This document shows positions 25,357 to 34,952 of a DNA stretch of 64,000 bases, in pieces. The position numbers and the translations under genes were made by a program. The notes under the pieces are model-generated. The model did not search any database, had not been told where the DNA came from, and saw nothing but the letters and a program-made list of their open reading frames with translations. Location: positions 14,778-78,777 of the IMG/VR virus record IMGVR_UViG_3300025838_000035. One strand, given 5' to 3'. The stretch's first letter is position 1. The number at the start of each line of letters is the position of its first letter. This stretch comes from a virus. Its lineage: Duplodnaviria > Caudoviricetes.

Positions 25357-27803
25357 TATCCACCCCTTCTACCGTCTGTTCTGATATCAATACGAGGAGC
25401 ACCCAACTGCCATGCTGTTCCTAGCTGAGCATTCTCAATCTTAAATACGAGCTGACGTCCCCTAACTCGGGTGTATAAATACTGCGTAAACTGCTCGACT
25501 GGATAGGAAATAGTCTCTGTCAATGTGCCTGAATTAGTACCGCCAACTGAAGCTGGATTGGTATAGCCTGCACCTGAACTGGCCAATGGATAAAGGAACA
25601 TGGTAGCTTGAGGATTGGTAGCCGTAGAACCTGTAAAGGTAATATCAGGCAATATCCTCCAAACAAAACCAAACTGTTCGCCATCTTCAATGTCAAATTC
25701 AGAAGAGGTAATGTAGGCATCCATAGGCTGAGGCGTACCCGTTGAATTGTCATCAAGACCAAATTCGTGGTTAAGCAACTTGCCTGTTTGTGTGACTGGA
25801 TCGTAGATAGCTGCCGTAGGATAGGTGCTGATACCGCTATCAATCCAAGCAGTCCTAGACATTTGACCGTAGTACCAAATGTTATCTAAGTAGTTATAGA
25901 CAACATAGCTATCGTTTTCCAAAGCATTAGCTGATGGATAGAACCACCAAACTTCATTAAACGCCTCATTGGTAGAAGCATAAACTTGGGTGCGTTGATT
26001 CTGATTGATGTTGGTAAATACATACCTTCTCAAGTCGCAATTAAGCGTATTAACTGCTCCGCCACTATAGACGTAGAACTTATCAAAGCCCATCCAGTAA
26101 ACAGCTCCTGAAGCCAAAACTGCTGCGTTTTGCCCCATGATAGAAATGTTATCTGTAAGTAAGTATGTACCCCAGAAGTAAGGAGCTCCAACGTATTGGA
26201 GGGAATAAGTAGCCGAATCAGTAATCACCAAAACCTCTTGGCGTGTCTGAATGGCGGTAACAATCTGTGAACCCCTAGATAGCAAAGAGCTACCCGCTTG
26301 ATTGGTAATAGAAGGAGCCCAAGTGGTCAAACTGTTTTGATCCGCCCAACGAATCAGCATGGGATTTTGAACAGTCGTGCCATAGTCGTTGCATCCAAAA
26401 GCAAAGACAAAACGATAAATATCAGAAACAAAAGTAACGTTGTTAACTACAGGAGTGTCAACATCAGCATTAGCAAGATTGACGAGATTAATGCCTCGTG
26501 TGCTGATAGATTGAACACCAGAACCGGCAGCATAAGTATTAACCCCACTTCCACCGACAGTAGTAGAAACGTTGCAAGTATTGCCAGATACGTTGATAAC
26601 ATAATAAATAGTTCCTAACTGAAGTCCAGCAGGCAACGCACCAGTCGTAGAAAACTGAATAGCCGTTCCAACTGTCAACGGATAAGTCAAAGTAATAATA
26701 GCAGGCGAACCTACTGAAATAGCCACTTGAAATCCAGTTAAAGGAACATTAGGATTCCAGTAATACATTCCGCCACCACGGACGCCAAAAACCAGTCCTG
26801 CGCCAAAGTTCTTCTGACTCCAAAGCTGAATGCTATTCGCAGTAGCCTGACCATTACCCCAAGAGCCAAAGCCCCAAGCACCAGTTCCCCAACCGCTATT
26901 GGAAATCACATAAGCTGGCCCAGTATTGATTTGGTACTCAGCTATCACACCTAGCCCCAACGTATACGTCAAACCAGTAGGTGTACCAGCAGTAGTTGTA
27001 ACGGCAGTTCCTCCCCTAGTTGTTGATAACTGGAAAGTGGTTGAGCCGTTCGTGGCAATGATGTAATAAGTCGTTGGATTAGCATAGCCTGAAATACTTC
27101 CTGTTCCGCCAAACGTTCCGCTAATGGTTATAGGCTGACCCACATAAAGCGTATTGGCAGGAGATGAGCAAGCAAAATCACCTGTCGTATCTGTGATCGT
27201 AATGCCAGTCAAAGTAGTTGTGTCTGAAGCTCCAGTACCAGTACCAATACCCCAAGTACCGCCACCCCAAGGCCCTGCACCCCAACCAACAACGCCAGTA
27301 GTAGATGCTTGAATAGTGTAGTTATTGCTATCAATAACCGTTACCTGATATTCACCAGTAATCGTGACTCCATCAAAAGTAATGGTGTTGTAATAGGTTA
27401 CAAAGTCACCTGTTATAGCTCCATGCCCAGGATCATTGACCTTAACCGTATACGATCCGCCAGTTACCGTGAAGCTTGTTTCTGGTATGACACTTGTGTA
27501 GCGAATAGGCGTGATATCGTAATAAGCAGCGCCTAGTTCAATGTAATACTTGAGATTTGTACCAACGCCAATTAAGTTTTCAGCGCTGATTAATGATGAT
27601 TCATTGAATAAAGTAGACCAATTCCAAAGAGCTCTACAAACACCTTTAAAAGTGTTGTTGGAGATGATACTCCATCCTCCCAGTTTCTCAGGGCTACCTT
27701 GGCGAAACCGTATGTTATTACAGTCAAACCACCCGCCCTCAGTGGTATATCTTGTGTTCTCACGGTTGACGCCAGCTTTGAATAGAAGCTTCTTTAGTGG
27801 CAT
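25356..27803 (-). CDS. Tail nozzle / head-stabilisation protein (P22 gp10-like) with inserted beta domains
   Basis: GVNRENTRYTTEGGWFDCNNIRFRQG, LIRWADQ, VYWMGFDKFYVY, RVRGRQ..DGRR; WGxGxWG repeats. Confidence 0.75.
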   Translation of the reverse strand: MPLKKLLFKAGVNRENTRYTTEGGWFDCNNIRFRQGSPEKLGGWSIISNNTFKGVCRALWNWSTLFNESSLISAENLIGVGTNLKYYIELGAAYYDITPIRYTSVIPETSFTVTGGSYTVKVNDPGHGAITGDFVTYYNTITFDGVTITGEYQVTVIDSNNYTIQASTTGVVGWGAGPWGGGTWGIGTGTGASDTTTLTGITITDTTGDFACSSPANTLYVGQPITISGTFGGTGSISGYANPTTYYIIATNGSTTFQLSTTRGGTAVTTTAGTPTGLTYTLGLGVIAEYQINTGPAYVISNSGWGTGAWGFGSWGNGQATANSIQLWSQKNFGAGLVFGVRGGGMYYWNPNVPLTGFQVAISVGSPAIITLTYPLTVGTAIQFSTTGALPAGLQLGTIYYVINVSGNTCNVSTTVGGSGVNTYAAGSGVQSISTRGINLVNLANADVDTPVVNNVTFVSDIYRFVFAFGCNDYGTTVQNPMLIRWADQNSLTTWAPSITNQAGSSLLSRGSQIVTAIQTRQEVLVITDSATYSLQYVGAPYFWGTYLLTDNISIMGQNAAVLASGAVYWMGFDKFYVYSGGAVNTLNCDLRRYVFTNINQNQRTQVYASTNEAFNEVWWFYPSANALENDSYVVYNYLDNIWYYGQMSRTAWIDSGISTYPTAAIYDPVTQTGKLLNHEFGLDDNSTGTPQPMDAYITSSEFDIEDGEQFGFVWRILPDITFTGSTATNPQATMFLYPLASSGAGYTNPASVGGTNSGTLTETISYPVEQFTQYLYTRVRGRQLVFKIENAQLGTAWQLGAPRIDIRTDGRRGG

Positions 27804-27817
27804 AACTTATTGTCCCA

Positions 27818-28408
27818 TTAGGCGCTTAAAACCGCAAGAGTTTTAGCAGTTAATTCCTTGCGTTCATTCAGTCCAAACAAACCACCATTGATTCTCTTAC
27901 AAAGCGCTTCATCATTATCAACTAAGTTATTGCACCCGTGCGTAGCCCAAAACCAACCACCACTCATTGCTGCATACATAGGTGTTTTTACCAAGTCTGG
28001 ATTCTTTACAAAGTCCTGACCAAGGGCTTGGCCACAATGCCAGTAGTTATCGTGAAAGGTGAGCTGGATCGTACCTCTTCCCCTGTACAAAAAACCGTCC
28101 CCACTTGCCTCATTCCTATTACCTCCACGATTAGCGTAAATGCGGTTGGCAATCTTTTGAGGTTGATGGGCAAAAAGGGCATACTCCTCTGGTTTAAAGT
28201 GAGTATGAAAGAGAGCTTGAAGGGTTTCAGCTCTATAGTTTAAGTTCTCTTCCAAAGTGCGGAAGTGATTGCATTCATGGGAAAGCTGACCAATAAAAGC
28301 CGCCTGCTCTTTAACGGTAAAGATGTTGAACTTTGTGATCGTTGCATTAAGTGGCTCAACCCATTCTGGCCCAATCTGTAAGGCATGAAGCTTTTCAACT
28401 GTAATCAT
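27818..28408 (-). CDS. GH19-family endolysin
   Basis: AAFIGQLSHEC...LEENLNY...YRGRGTIQLTFHDNY...KRINGG..GLNER. Confidence 0.92.
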   Translation of the reverse strand: MITVEKLHALQIGPEWVEPLNATITKFNIFTVKEQAAFIGQLSHECNHFRTLEENLNYRAETLQALFHTHFKPEEYALFAHQPQKIANRIYANRGGNRNEASGDGFLYRGRGTIQLTFHDNYWHCGQALGQDFVKNPDLVKTPMYAAMSGGWFWATHGCNNLVDNDEALCKRINGGLFGLNERKELTAKTLAVLSA

Positions 28409-28977
28409 TTCACACCCTCATTCACGGTCTTCATCACTTCGTTGTATTGGCTAATGCAGGCATTGAGCTTGACGATTGCTTTGTCTCCGTCTGCTGCGAT
28501 GGAGACAATATCTTTAACAGTCTGTCTGTTAGATTCGGCTCCATTGGCTTGATCTCCATTGGGGGCATCTGCACTGGCTTGTACACCACAGGTGGAGGGG
28601 AGGCGCAACTCGCCAGCATCAATGCGAGCATTAATACTAGCTTGCTTTGTTTTGATATCATTTTTAGCCTGCTTTAATTGACTGGTGGCTCTTGAGAGCT
28701 TTTGTCCGAGCTCTGCTTCTTTTGCCCGAGCATCTCCATTAAGGCGCTCAATTTCTGCTTTATCTTCTGCAACCCGTCTTTCATAGCCGTGATGATCTGA
28801 GACATAGTAACCTCCTAATATAAACAAAACTGCTCCAGCAACTTTTATCAAAAGTGCATGAGCTTTTAACAACGGGAAAATGCCCGCAAAAAAACCAACT
28901 ACAAAAATGGCCATACCGCCAAACAAGGCGGCCAACGCCAAATAATACATGATGTTACCGAATAGCCAACTAATCAT
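28405..28977 (-). CDS. Rz-like inner-membrane spanin
   Basis: N-terminal TM segments, coiled coil, AADGDKAIVKLNACISQY tail; adjacent to the endolysin. Confidence 0.8.
   Translation of the reverse strand: MISWLFGNIMYYLALAALFGGMAIFVVGFFAGIFPLLKAHALLIKVAGAVLFILGGYYVSDHHGYERRVAEDKAEIERLNGDARAKEAELGQKLSRATSQLKQAKNDIKTKQASINARIDAGELRLPSTCGVQASADAPNGDQANGAESNRQTVKDIVSIAADGDKAIVKLNACISQYNEVMKTVNEGVK
28434..28661 (-). CDS. Rz1-like outer-membrane lipoprotein spanin embedded in Rz
   Basis: Alternative frame within Rz; lipobox LALMLASC then Pro-rich ASPPPVVYKPVQMPP. Confidence 0.8.
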   Translation of the reverse strand: MISKQSKLVLMLALMLASCASPPPVVYKPVQMPPMEIKPMEPNLTDRLLKILSPSQQTETKQSSSSMPALANTTK

Positions 28978-29447
28978 ATTGCTTGTGCCCTAGCGTTAGC
29001 CATTCTTTCCCTCTCATGGTCAGGTTCTAAGTAAGGCGGTGTTTGAGGAGGAAAAGGTGGCGTCCAGTTGGGTGGTGTAGATGGGGCCATCATTACGACT
29101 GGAGCTGGTGGTGGGGGAGGCGGAGCAACATAGGCAGCAGTATTAGCTTTTGCTGCGTTCATCATGTTCGTAGCCTCATTGGTTACGCCCTTGGTCAATA
29201 TTCCACCAATACCGCCAACAATCAAAAGCACAATATCGTTCAGCATCTTGGAGAAAGCTTGATCTATTGGGGCCATTTGTTTGATTGGTTGAGAAACAAA
29301 CATAATGCTATAGATCAATGTGACCACAATAAAGAACAGAATCAAGGTCACCATGATAATCACAAAAGCCCTTACACGGACTTCTATGTCATCGGCAGAC
29401 AGGCGTTCCTTGGGACTGTTGAGGAATGCTAGAAGTAATTCCTTCAA
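28974..29447 (-). CDS. Two-TM membrane protein (holin-like candidate) with Pro-rich tail
   Basis: Two hydrophobic helices; lysis cluster. Confidence 0.6.
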   Translation of the reverse strand: MKELLLAFLNSPKERLSADDIEVRVRAFVIIMVTLILFFIVVTLIYSIMFVSQPIKQMAPIDQAFSKMLNDIVLLIVGGIGGILTKGVTNEATNMMNAAKANTAAYVAPPPPPPAPVVMMAPSTPPNWTPPFPPQTPPYLEPDHERERMANARAQAI

Positions 29448-29649
29448 TTTTCTTCTCCAAAATGGGGGCTACTAAATATTCAGGGCAAGTTTGCGTAAAC
29501 TCACACATCGGTTTTTGGCATTCTTGATCCTGAAAGTGTGCAGGGTCTTGGCATGTATAGCGATAAGAATCATGGCAACCTGTACACAAAAATGGAAAAA
29601 ATATACATATTAGTATAGATGTGTATATAAAACTGGCTTTTTTAATCAT
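29389..29649 (-). CDS. Cys-rich lipoprotein
   Basis: Signal peptide and LCTGC lipobox, then YRYTCQDP...CQKPMCEFTQTCPE. Confidence 0.7.
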   Translation of the reverse strand: MIKKASFIYTSILICIFFPFLCTGCHDSYRYTCQDPAHFQDQECQKPMCEFTQTCPEYLVAPILEKKIEGITSSIPQQSQGTPVCR

Positions 29650-29888
29650 TTGCCTTCAATCCTTTGTAGGGCCTTGTTAACCCTCAGCTCCATCTGCCTT
29701 ACATCCACATACATCCAAGCAATCAACGGAATCAGTAAAAGCAAAACAACCAACAAAACAATGATCAATAAGATGGCGAGTGTGTCATGCTGAGAATCAT
29801 TAGCCATGCCCACATTAGCATCAGCACTGTAATTGCTGAAGCCACCATTCTTCCCTTTATTAGATCCGCCTTTTGCTCCCGTTGCCAT
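29646..29888 (-). CDS. Single-TM membrane protein
   Basis: LAILLIIVLLVVLLLLIPLIAWMY; true start uncertain. Confidence 0.6.
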   Translation of the reverse strand: MATGAKGGSNKGKNGGFSNYSADANVGMANDSQHDTLAILLIIVLLVVLLLLIPLIAWMYVDVRQMELRVNKALQRIEGK

Positions 29889-30481
29889 TTTGCCCTACGC
29901 TCCTTCAGCATTTCCTCTCGTCTTGCAAGCGCCTGCACATTGGCAATGTGACCAATTTGCTGATTGACCCGAGTATACAAATCCTTCAATTCAAGAGGAA
30001 CGTGGTACACCATGTAATCACTCAGCTCCGTATTCAATTTCTCCATCTGCAAATTGGCAATCGTTATGTTAATTGCAGCCTCTTGGCCTTCCTCGTTATT
30101 TGCATGAAGAGCAAACTCTTCCTGTTCTTTCGTATAGTTTTTTAGGGCGTTGTACGCTCTATAGAACTTGATGAGAGCATCACTGACCTGTTGGTAAATG
30201 AGGTTTTCATCAAACTCTGGAGGAGCCTCTTTCTTCTTTTTAGCCTTTTTAGTAGGTTGAGCAACTTGTGGTTGCTCTTCCTCTTTCTTACCAAATACGC
30301 TAGTTAAGAACCCAAGAAGCCCTTTGGCTTTTTTTTGTACTGCCTTAGCGTCTTTGACAACTCCATCAACTTCATGGGCAATATCAACAACAATTTGCCT
30401 ACCCTCTTTGTACATCTCACAAGCATCTTTACAGAGCTTGAAAGCGCCAGAGGCAAGGGCAACAAGAGTGAATGGATCAAT
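29765..30481 (-). CDS. Membrane-anchored coiled-coil protein, possible ATT start at 30481
   Basis: Frame open 22 codons upstream of ATG 30415 (IDPFTLVALASGAFKLCK) with TAAGG SD; C-terminal TM. Confidence 0.65.
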   Translation of the reverse strand: MDPFTLVALASGAFKLCKDACEMYKEGRQIVVDIAHEVDGVVKDAKAVQKKAKGLLGFLTSVFGKKEEEQPQVAQPTKKAKKKKEAPPEFDENLIYQQVSDALIKFYRAYNALKNYTKEQEEFALHANNEEGQEAAINITIANLQMEKLNTELSDYMVYHVPLELKDLYTRVNQQIGHIANVQALARREEMLKERRAKWQREQKADLIKGRMVASAITVLMLMWAWLMILSMTHSPSY

Positions 30482-30492
30482 TTTGACACCTT

Positions 30493-30514
30493 AAAAAACC
30501 CCTCCAAAGAGGGG
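30493..30514 (-). terminator. Intrinsic terminator
   Basis: CCCCTC-TTTG-GAGGGG-TTTTTT. Confidence 0.8.
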
Positions 30515-30522
30515 CTTGGATT

Positions 30523-30777
30523 TTAGTTAGTTGCAGGAGCTGGAGTAGCGTCTGCGGGGGCAGCAGCAGGCTCAGCGGGGGCAGCAACCGCATCTGGCAA
30601 AGCATCGTGAGTAACGGTGTAACCGTGGTCTGTGAGCAATGTGATTGCGTCTTGAATGTTTTGTTGCTCTTGTGTGAGGAAGTCAGCAAACTTAGAAGCA
30701 GCATCGTGCTCGGCAGAACCTTGAGAAAAACCCAACTTGGCAATGAAATCTTGAAGGGATTGGATAACGTTAATCAT
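30523..30777 (-). CDS. Hypothetical protein with Ala/Pro tail
   Basis: 84 aa, AAGGA RBS. Confidence 0.65.
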   Translation of the reverse strand: MINVIQSLQDFIAKLGFSQGSAEHDAASKFADFLTQEQQNIQDAITLLTDHGYTVTHDALPDAVAAPAEPAAAPADATPAPATN

Positions 30778-30845
30778 GTTTATTCCTTAAAAAATACAGT
30801 CAAGTGACTGCTCTTAAATTTTCTTATAAATGAATGAATAATCAA

Positions 30846-31043
30846 TTACAAACCAAAGATTTTCTTAAATATTTCAGCCGCTGCACCAGGTCCCATGAGC
30901 ACAGCAATGATGACGGCATAAAGCAAATACTCAATCTTTGACATCCTCTTGGAACCATCCATCAAAGACTTGGAGATTGAGTTATATCGCTCTGTACAGA
31001 CTGCTTCATGCACAGCTAAACGCTTATCTACATCGTCACTCAT
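30846..31043 (-). CDS. XhlA-like small membrane protein (holin/antiholin candidate)
   Basis: RLAVHEAVCTERY coiled coil plus one TM. Confidence 0.65.
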   Translation of the reverse strand: MSDDVDKRLAVHEAVCTERYNSISKSLMDGSKRMSKIEYLLYAVIIAVLMGPGAAAEIFKKIFGL

Positions 31044-31216
31044 TTGTGCATGTGCTTTAAAGTTTCAGCTAGACGAGCTCTTTGACCAAGCTTGCCTGGA
31101 GCCTTAGCTGCTTTAGCCAGTTTCTTCGCAGGAATCTTTTTGCCTTCAGGAACATGCAACTGCTCTCTCAAAGCGCCTGCATGTTTAATTGCTTTCTGTA
31201 TCCACTTCTCAGCCAT
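31040..31216 (-). CDS. Small basic protein
   Basis: MAEKWIQKAIKHAGALREQLHVPEGKKIPAKKL...RARLAETLK. Confidence 0.7.
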   Translation of the reverse strand: MAEKWIQKAIKHAGALREQLHVPEGKKIPAKKLAKAAKAPGKLGQRARLAETLKHMHK

Positions 31217-31217
31217 G

Positions 31218-31451
31218 TCACTCTCCTTTGTTAATCGTTGCAGTTGACGTTGCACGATCTATCGTCATAACGCCTTCGCACACCACATTCCAATCCTGTC
31301 CATTAGCCTCAATCTCGCTATTGCTTGGCACATTTAATATAAAATGTTTTAGCAAGTATTCTTTTTCCCCTTCGAATACTCGCCAAACATGCTCCATTGA
31401 ACCTCTGCCTGCTTGACCTCTGGACTTGTTAAACCGAATCCTGTACTTCAA
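31218..31451 (-). CDS. Hypothetical protein
   Basis: MKYRIRFNKSRG...HVWRVFEG. Confidence 0.65.
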   Translation of the reverse strand: MKYRIRFNKSRGQAGRGSMEHVWRVFEGEKEYLLKHFILNVPSNSEIEANGQDWNVVCEGVMTIDRATSTATINKGE

Positions 31452-32146
31452 ACCACTTCTACTGGCGTAGTAGCAGGGGGAGCTACATTAGCCAGTTGAA
31501 CACCAAGGTTAAAATGAATAAACCGCATAGGCTTAGCCGATGCATGTCTAGTAAATGAATGAGCAAGCCAAGCATTGGTAAACATAAATGTTCCAGGCTC
31601 AGGCTTAAAGTTAATCATATTGCTTGCATAAGTAGCATTAGCAGGAACCAACTCATCAATGTTGATCATTATCTTTGCTGCTTTAGGATCATGGAATACA
31701 ACATGAGATGAATCTGGAGGGCAGTCGATAAAGTAAAAACCTACAATCTGAGATCCAAATCCATGAACATGCTGCTCCATTGCAGAATGCTTGTGATGAT
31801 GCTGACACCACATTTCGCTGAAATAAGTTGTTTTATTGATCATGTTATATCCTTGTGACTCAAGAATATTCCATGCCGTCTGGCCAACAAATGTTGAAAA
31901 CTCAAACATTCGTTCATCGGTAAATAAATTTTCAGTCATTATGACTGGATAAATTGGATCAAGCTTTTTACCTTTTTTAACTTTGTTCAAATACTCAGTA
32001 GTAACTTGTCTAGTTAATTCCAAATATTCTGGCCTATTTACCGTATAGACGGCAGTAGGAAAATAATAAAGAGCTTGCAATTGATTCTGCGGTGGAGCTT
32101 CCTCCTTAACCTCAGTTTCCCCAATAACTTCAGCAGCAGAACACAT
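31448..32146 (-). CDS. 2OG-Fe(II) oxygenase (TIGR02466-type)
   Basis: MEQHVH...VGFYFI...FHDP...KPEPGTFMFTNAWLAH. Confidence 0.8.
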   Translation of the reverse strand: MCSAAEVIGETEVKEEAPPQNQLQALYYFPTAVYTVNRPEYLELTRQVTTEYLNKVKKGKKLDPIYPVIMTENLFTDERMFEFSTFVGQTAWNILESQGYNMINKTTYFSEMWCQHHHKHSAMEQHVHGFGSQIVGFYFIDCPPDSSHVVFHDPKAAKIMINIDELVPANATYASNMINFKPEPGTFMFTNAWLAHSFTRHASAKPMRFIHFNLGVQLANVAPPATTPVEVV

Positions 32147-32175
32147 TGTCTTTCCTTTGGTTGTAAAAAACTACA

Positions 32176-32667
32176 TTATGCACCAGGAGTAGGAGTAACT
32201 ACAACCCACGTTGCTGTTGCAATGTCTAATTTATAGTCTTTTCCATCACTTGGGTAAGGAGGTCTTATTTGCCATGTATTTGTTGTTCCTTGCCAAAAAT
32301 ACTGTTGTCCATCTGTTGGCATTGGAATAGGAGGAACGTAAGAACAAGTTACCTCATCAAATGTCCATGCGGTTAAATTTGGTCTGGGTTTTGAATTCCA
32401 AGCATCTTTCACAGATTGTTGTTTGGCTATTTTTTCTGCGTCTGTCATGTCACGCAAGGCCCAAACATCTGTCCAAACACCGTTAACCTTTTGATATGTC
32501 GGTTCTTGGCTATCAAGAACTTGATATACCGTAGGTGTTGGAATTTCTACACGAGTGAATGGCTCCCAATTAGACGGAATTGAACCAAATGCTTGCAAAA
32601 GATTTTCTTCAAAAGCAGGATGGTTAATTGGATTTCCGTTGCTATCAGTTTCAATGTATAAATTCAT
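32176..32667 (-). CDS. Tail fibre assembly-like protein
   Basis: WTDVWALRDMT, WTFDEVTCSYVPPIPMPTDG..YFW repeats; follows the fibre gene. Confidence 0.65.
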   Translation of the reverse strand: MNLYIETDSNGNPINHPAFEENLLQAFGSIPSNWEPFTRVEIPTPTVYQVLDSQEPTYQKVNGVWTDVWALRDMTDAEKIAKQQSVKDAWNSKPRPNLTAWTFDEVTCSYVPPIPMPTDGQQYFWQGTTNTWQIRPPYPSDGKDYKLDIATATWVVVTPTPGA

Positions 32668-32668
32668 A

Positions 32669-33796
32669 TTATGGAACTCCTACACAAGTTGATGGGAATG
32701 TTCTTGAGCATCCAGGCCACACAATTCTCACAAATCCACCTCCACCATGTTGTGTAGTGCCTCCTCCTCTCCCAGAGCCACCAGCACCTCCTCCATAATT
32801 ACCTCCCGAACCACCTTTATTTCCTAAAGAACAAACACCAGATCCACCAGAAGAACCACCAGCACCTCCAGAACCAACTCTTGAATTAGCAATTCCAGAA
32901 GAACCTTGTCCGTAAAAACCTACACCACCACCTCCACCAGCGCCAAGGCAAGCGGAAATTGCTCTTTGTCCACCAGCACCACCTCCACCAGAACCTGATG
33001 TGCTATTTGTACATCCATAGCCACCAGCTCCACCAGTCCCTGAATAACCACCAGCCCCACCACCCCCTGAAGTACGGTTGTAATAATTTCCATTGCCTGA
33101 ACCACCATTGCCACCACCACACCCACCATGATTTCCACCACACTCACCTTGTCCGCCACCACCTTTTACTATACCTGTGTTTGCAAAATAACTGCATCCA
33201 CCAGATCGGCAGCCACCACCACCAGCACCAACAGTAATGCAATAAGAAGATCCAGGTGTAACTGCGTAATTATTTTTATAACCTAATCCACCTCCAGCGC
33301 CTCCGCCGCCCCCAAAAGGATTTCCACAACAACATCCGCCACAATTACCTGATCCACTGCCTCCACCAACAGCGACAATAGAAATTTTAGTTACTCCAGC
33401 AGGAGCTACCCATGTGAATGTGCCGGGTGTAGTATAAAGTTGTGAACCTTTAACAACTGGTGTAACGCTATTACTGTTTCCGCTATATGCACCATATCCT
33501 ACCGAATTAGTTGCTCTAACTTTAAATGTATAAGCTGTACAGTTTGTAAGACCAGTAATTTGAATTGGAGAGCTAGAACCAGTTGCAGTATGAGTTCCTG
33601 TTGCTACGCATGTTGCTTGATAGCCAGTAATACCAGGAGGAATTCCTGTGCATGATGGGGCAGTAAATGCTACGCAAGCAAGTGCATTTCCAGCCGTAGC
33701 TGTTCCAATTGTTGGAGCTCCAGGTGCTTTACCTACAAAACCAGCAAAGCCAAAACCTTTAGCTGAAGCTGCACCTCTAGTTATAATTAGTGGCAT
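32669..33796 (-). CDS. Gly-rich tail fibre/receptor-binding protein with FN3 domain, Cys-rich
   Basis: PGAPTIGTATAG...YTFKVRATNSVG FN3; YTTPGTFTWVAPAGVTKISIVAVGGG glycine-rich domain. Confidence 0.8.
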   Translation of the reverse strand: MPLIITRGAASAKGFGFAGFVGKAPGAPTIGTATAGNALACVAFTAPSCTGIPPGITGYQATCVATGTHTATGSSSPIQITGLTNCTAYTFKVRATNSVGYGAYSGNSNSVTPVVKGSQLYTTPGTFTWVAPAGVTKISIVAVGGGSGSGNCGGCCCGNPFGGGGGAGGGLGYKNNYAVTPGSSYCITVGAGGGGCRSGGCSYFANTGIVKGGGGQGECGGNHGGCGGGNGGSGNGNYYNRTSGGGGAGGYSGTGGAGGYGCTNSTSGSGGGGAGGQRAISACLGAGGGGGVGFYGQGSSGIANSRVGSGGAGGSSGGSGVCSLGNKGGSGGNYGGGAGGSGRGGGTTQHGGGGFVRIVWPGCSRTFPSTCVGVP

Positions 33797-33806
33797 TGTT
33801 TACCTC

Positions 33807-34943
33807 TTAAAATTGAACTAAAGATCCCAACACGGTATATGTTGGAGTTGAAGAAGTTTTAATTATTGTATATGTATATACATCAATACCGTTTGCATTT
33901 CCAGATGTTGGAGCTGATCCACCCTGCCAAGAAACAGTTTGAGAATTACTATCCACAGTAACTGCCGTATTGTAATAAGCAGTAGATCCTTGAGTTACCA
34001 AAAATGCTACGCTGATTACATCGCCTACTGCCATAGCAGTATTCAATGTCGTTCCTGATGAGAAGGATAAATTAACTGTCCAATTAGAAGTTGCTGCTGC
34101 GGTTGAATAAATAACTGCACCGCTTGCTACATACAAATTGACTGCGCCAGCTATTCCTGTCCCCGTCAATACCGCAGATTCAGCAGCATTTAAAAGTTTA
34201 ATAGCTTCTTTTGAGCTTGTGCCTGTAAAGTTTTGAGTGCCAGTCCATGTGTTGTTAGCTGCTAACTGTACGCCACAAGCGGGTTGGAAAGACAATACTC
34301 CAGAACCATTGGTCGCTATTACTTGCCCAGATGTTCCGTCTGCCGCAGGCAACTGCCATTGAATATTGGTTGATCCACAAGGAGCACCTTTGAATCCAAC
34401 ATAATGAGTATTTGCAGTATTACCAAACTTGATACCACCACCCGATCCAACGTAAGCATTAGTACCGTCAAATGTAAAATTAGATGATGCACCTAAAGAT
34501 CCAGAACAGTTAAATTGCAACTGTGAATTTGAACCAGCAGCATTGATACTAGCTCTTACAAAATCTGAACCATTCCAAACAACAACTGCATTTGAATTGG
34601 CTGCTATTACAACACCAGTTGTAGCAGATGCTTTAACAGTCACAGTAGAATTTGACTGATTAACAATAATGTATGTTTTGCTTTGAGCTGGAGCTATGAT
34701 GTTTCTGTTTACACCAGGTGTACCAGTAGGAATAAGGATAGCCTGTCTAGCTTGATTAGCTGCTCCTGAACCAGTTGTGGTCAGCGTCCAATCTGCTGAA
34801 GTGACGCTTTGAGTAGCTGAACCTGCTACTGCACATTCAACCAATTGCGTAATATTGTTATTTACTACAGTTCCCCAAGTGCCAGACAAGCACCCCGTAG
34901 TAGGTAACGCTAAGCCCAACAATGACGTATAACTTGTTGACAT
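33807..34943 (-). CDS. Tail fibre protein
   Basis: LGLALPTTG..SGTWG N-terminus; GIDVYTYTIIKT C-terminal domain shared with 35608-37386. Confidence 0.78.
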   Translation of the reverse strand: MSTSYTSLLGLALPTTGCLSGTWGTVVNNNITQLVECAVAGSATQSVTSADWTLTTTGSGAANQARQAILIPTGTPGVNRNIIAPAQSKTYIIVNQSNSTVTVKASATTGVVIAANSNAVVVWNGSDFVRASINAAGSNSQLQFNCSGSLGASSNFTFDGTNAYVGSGGGIKFGNTANTHYVGFKGAPCGSTNIQWQLPAADGTSGQVIATNGSGVLSFQPACGVQLAANNTWTGTQNFTGTSSKEAIKLLNAAESAVLTGTGIAGAVNLYVASGAVIYSTAAATSNWTVNLSFSSGTTLNTAMAVGDVISVAFLVTQGSTAYYNTAVTVDSNSQTVSWQGGSAPTSGNANGIDVYTYTIIKTSSTPTYTVLGSLVQF

Positions 34944-34952
34944 TTTATTTCC

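Noticed and set aside
20288-33796. Codon reassignment as the cause of excess Cys
   Set aside because: Both TGT and TGC are used, conserved Zn-finger Cys are normal, and ORFs are intact under the standard bacterial code.
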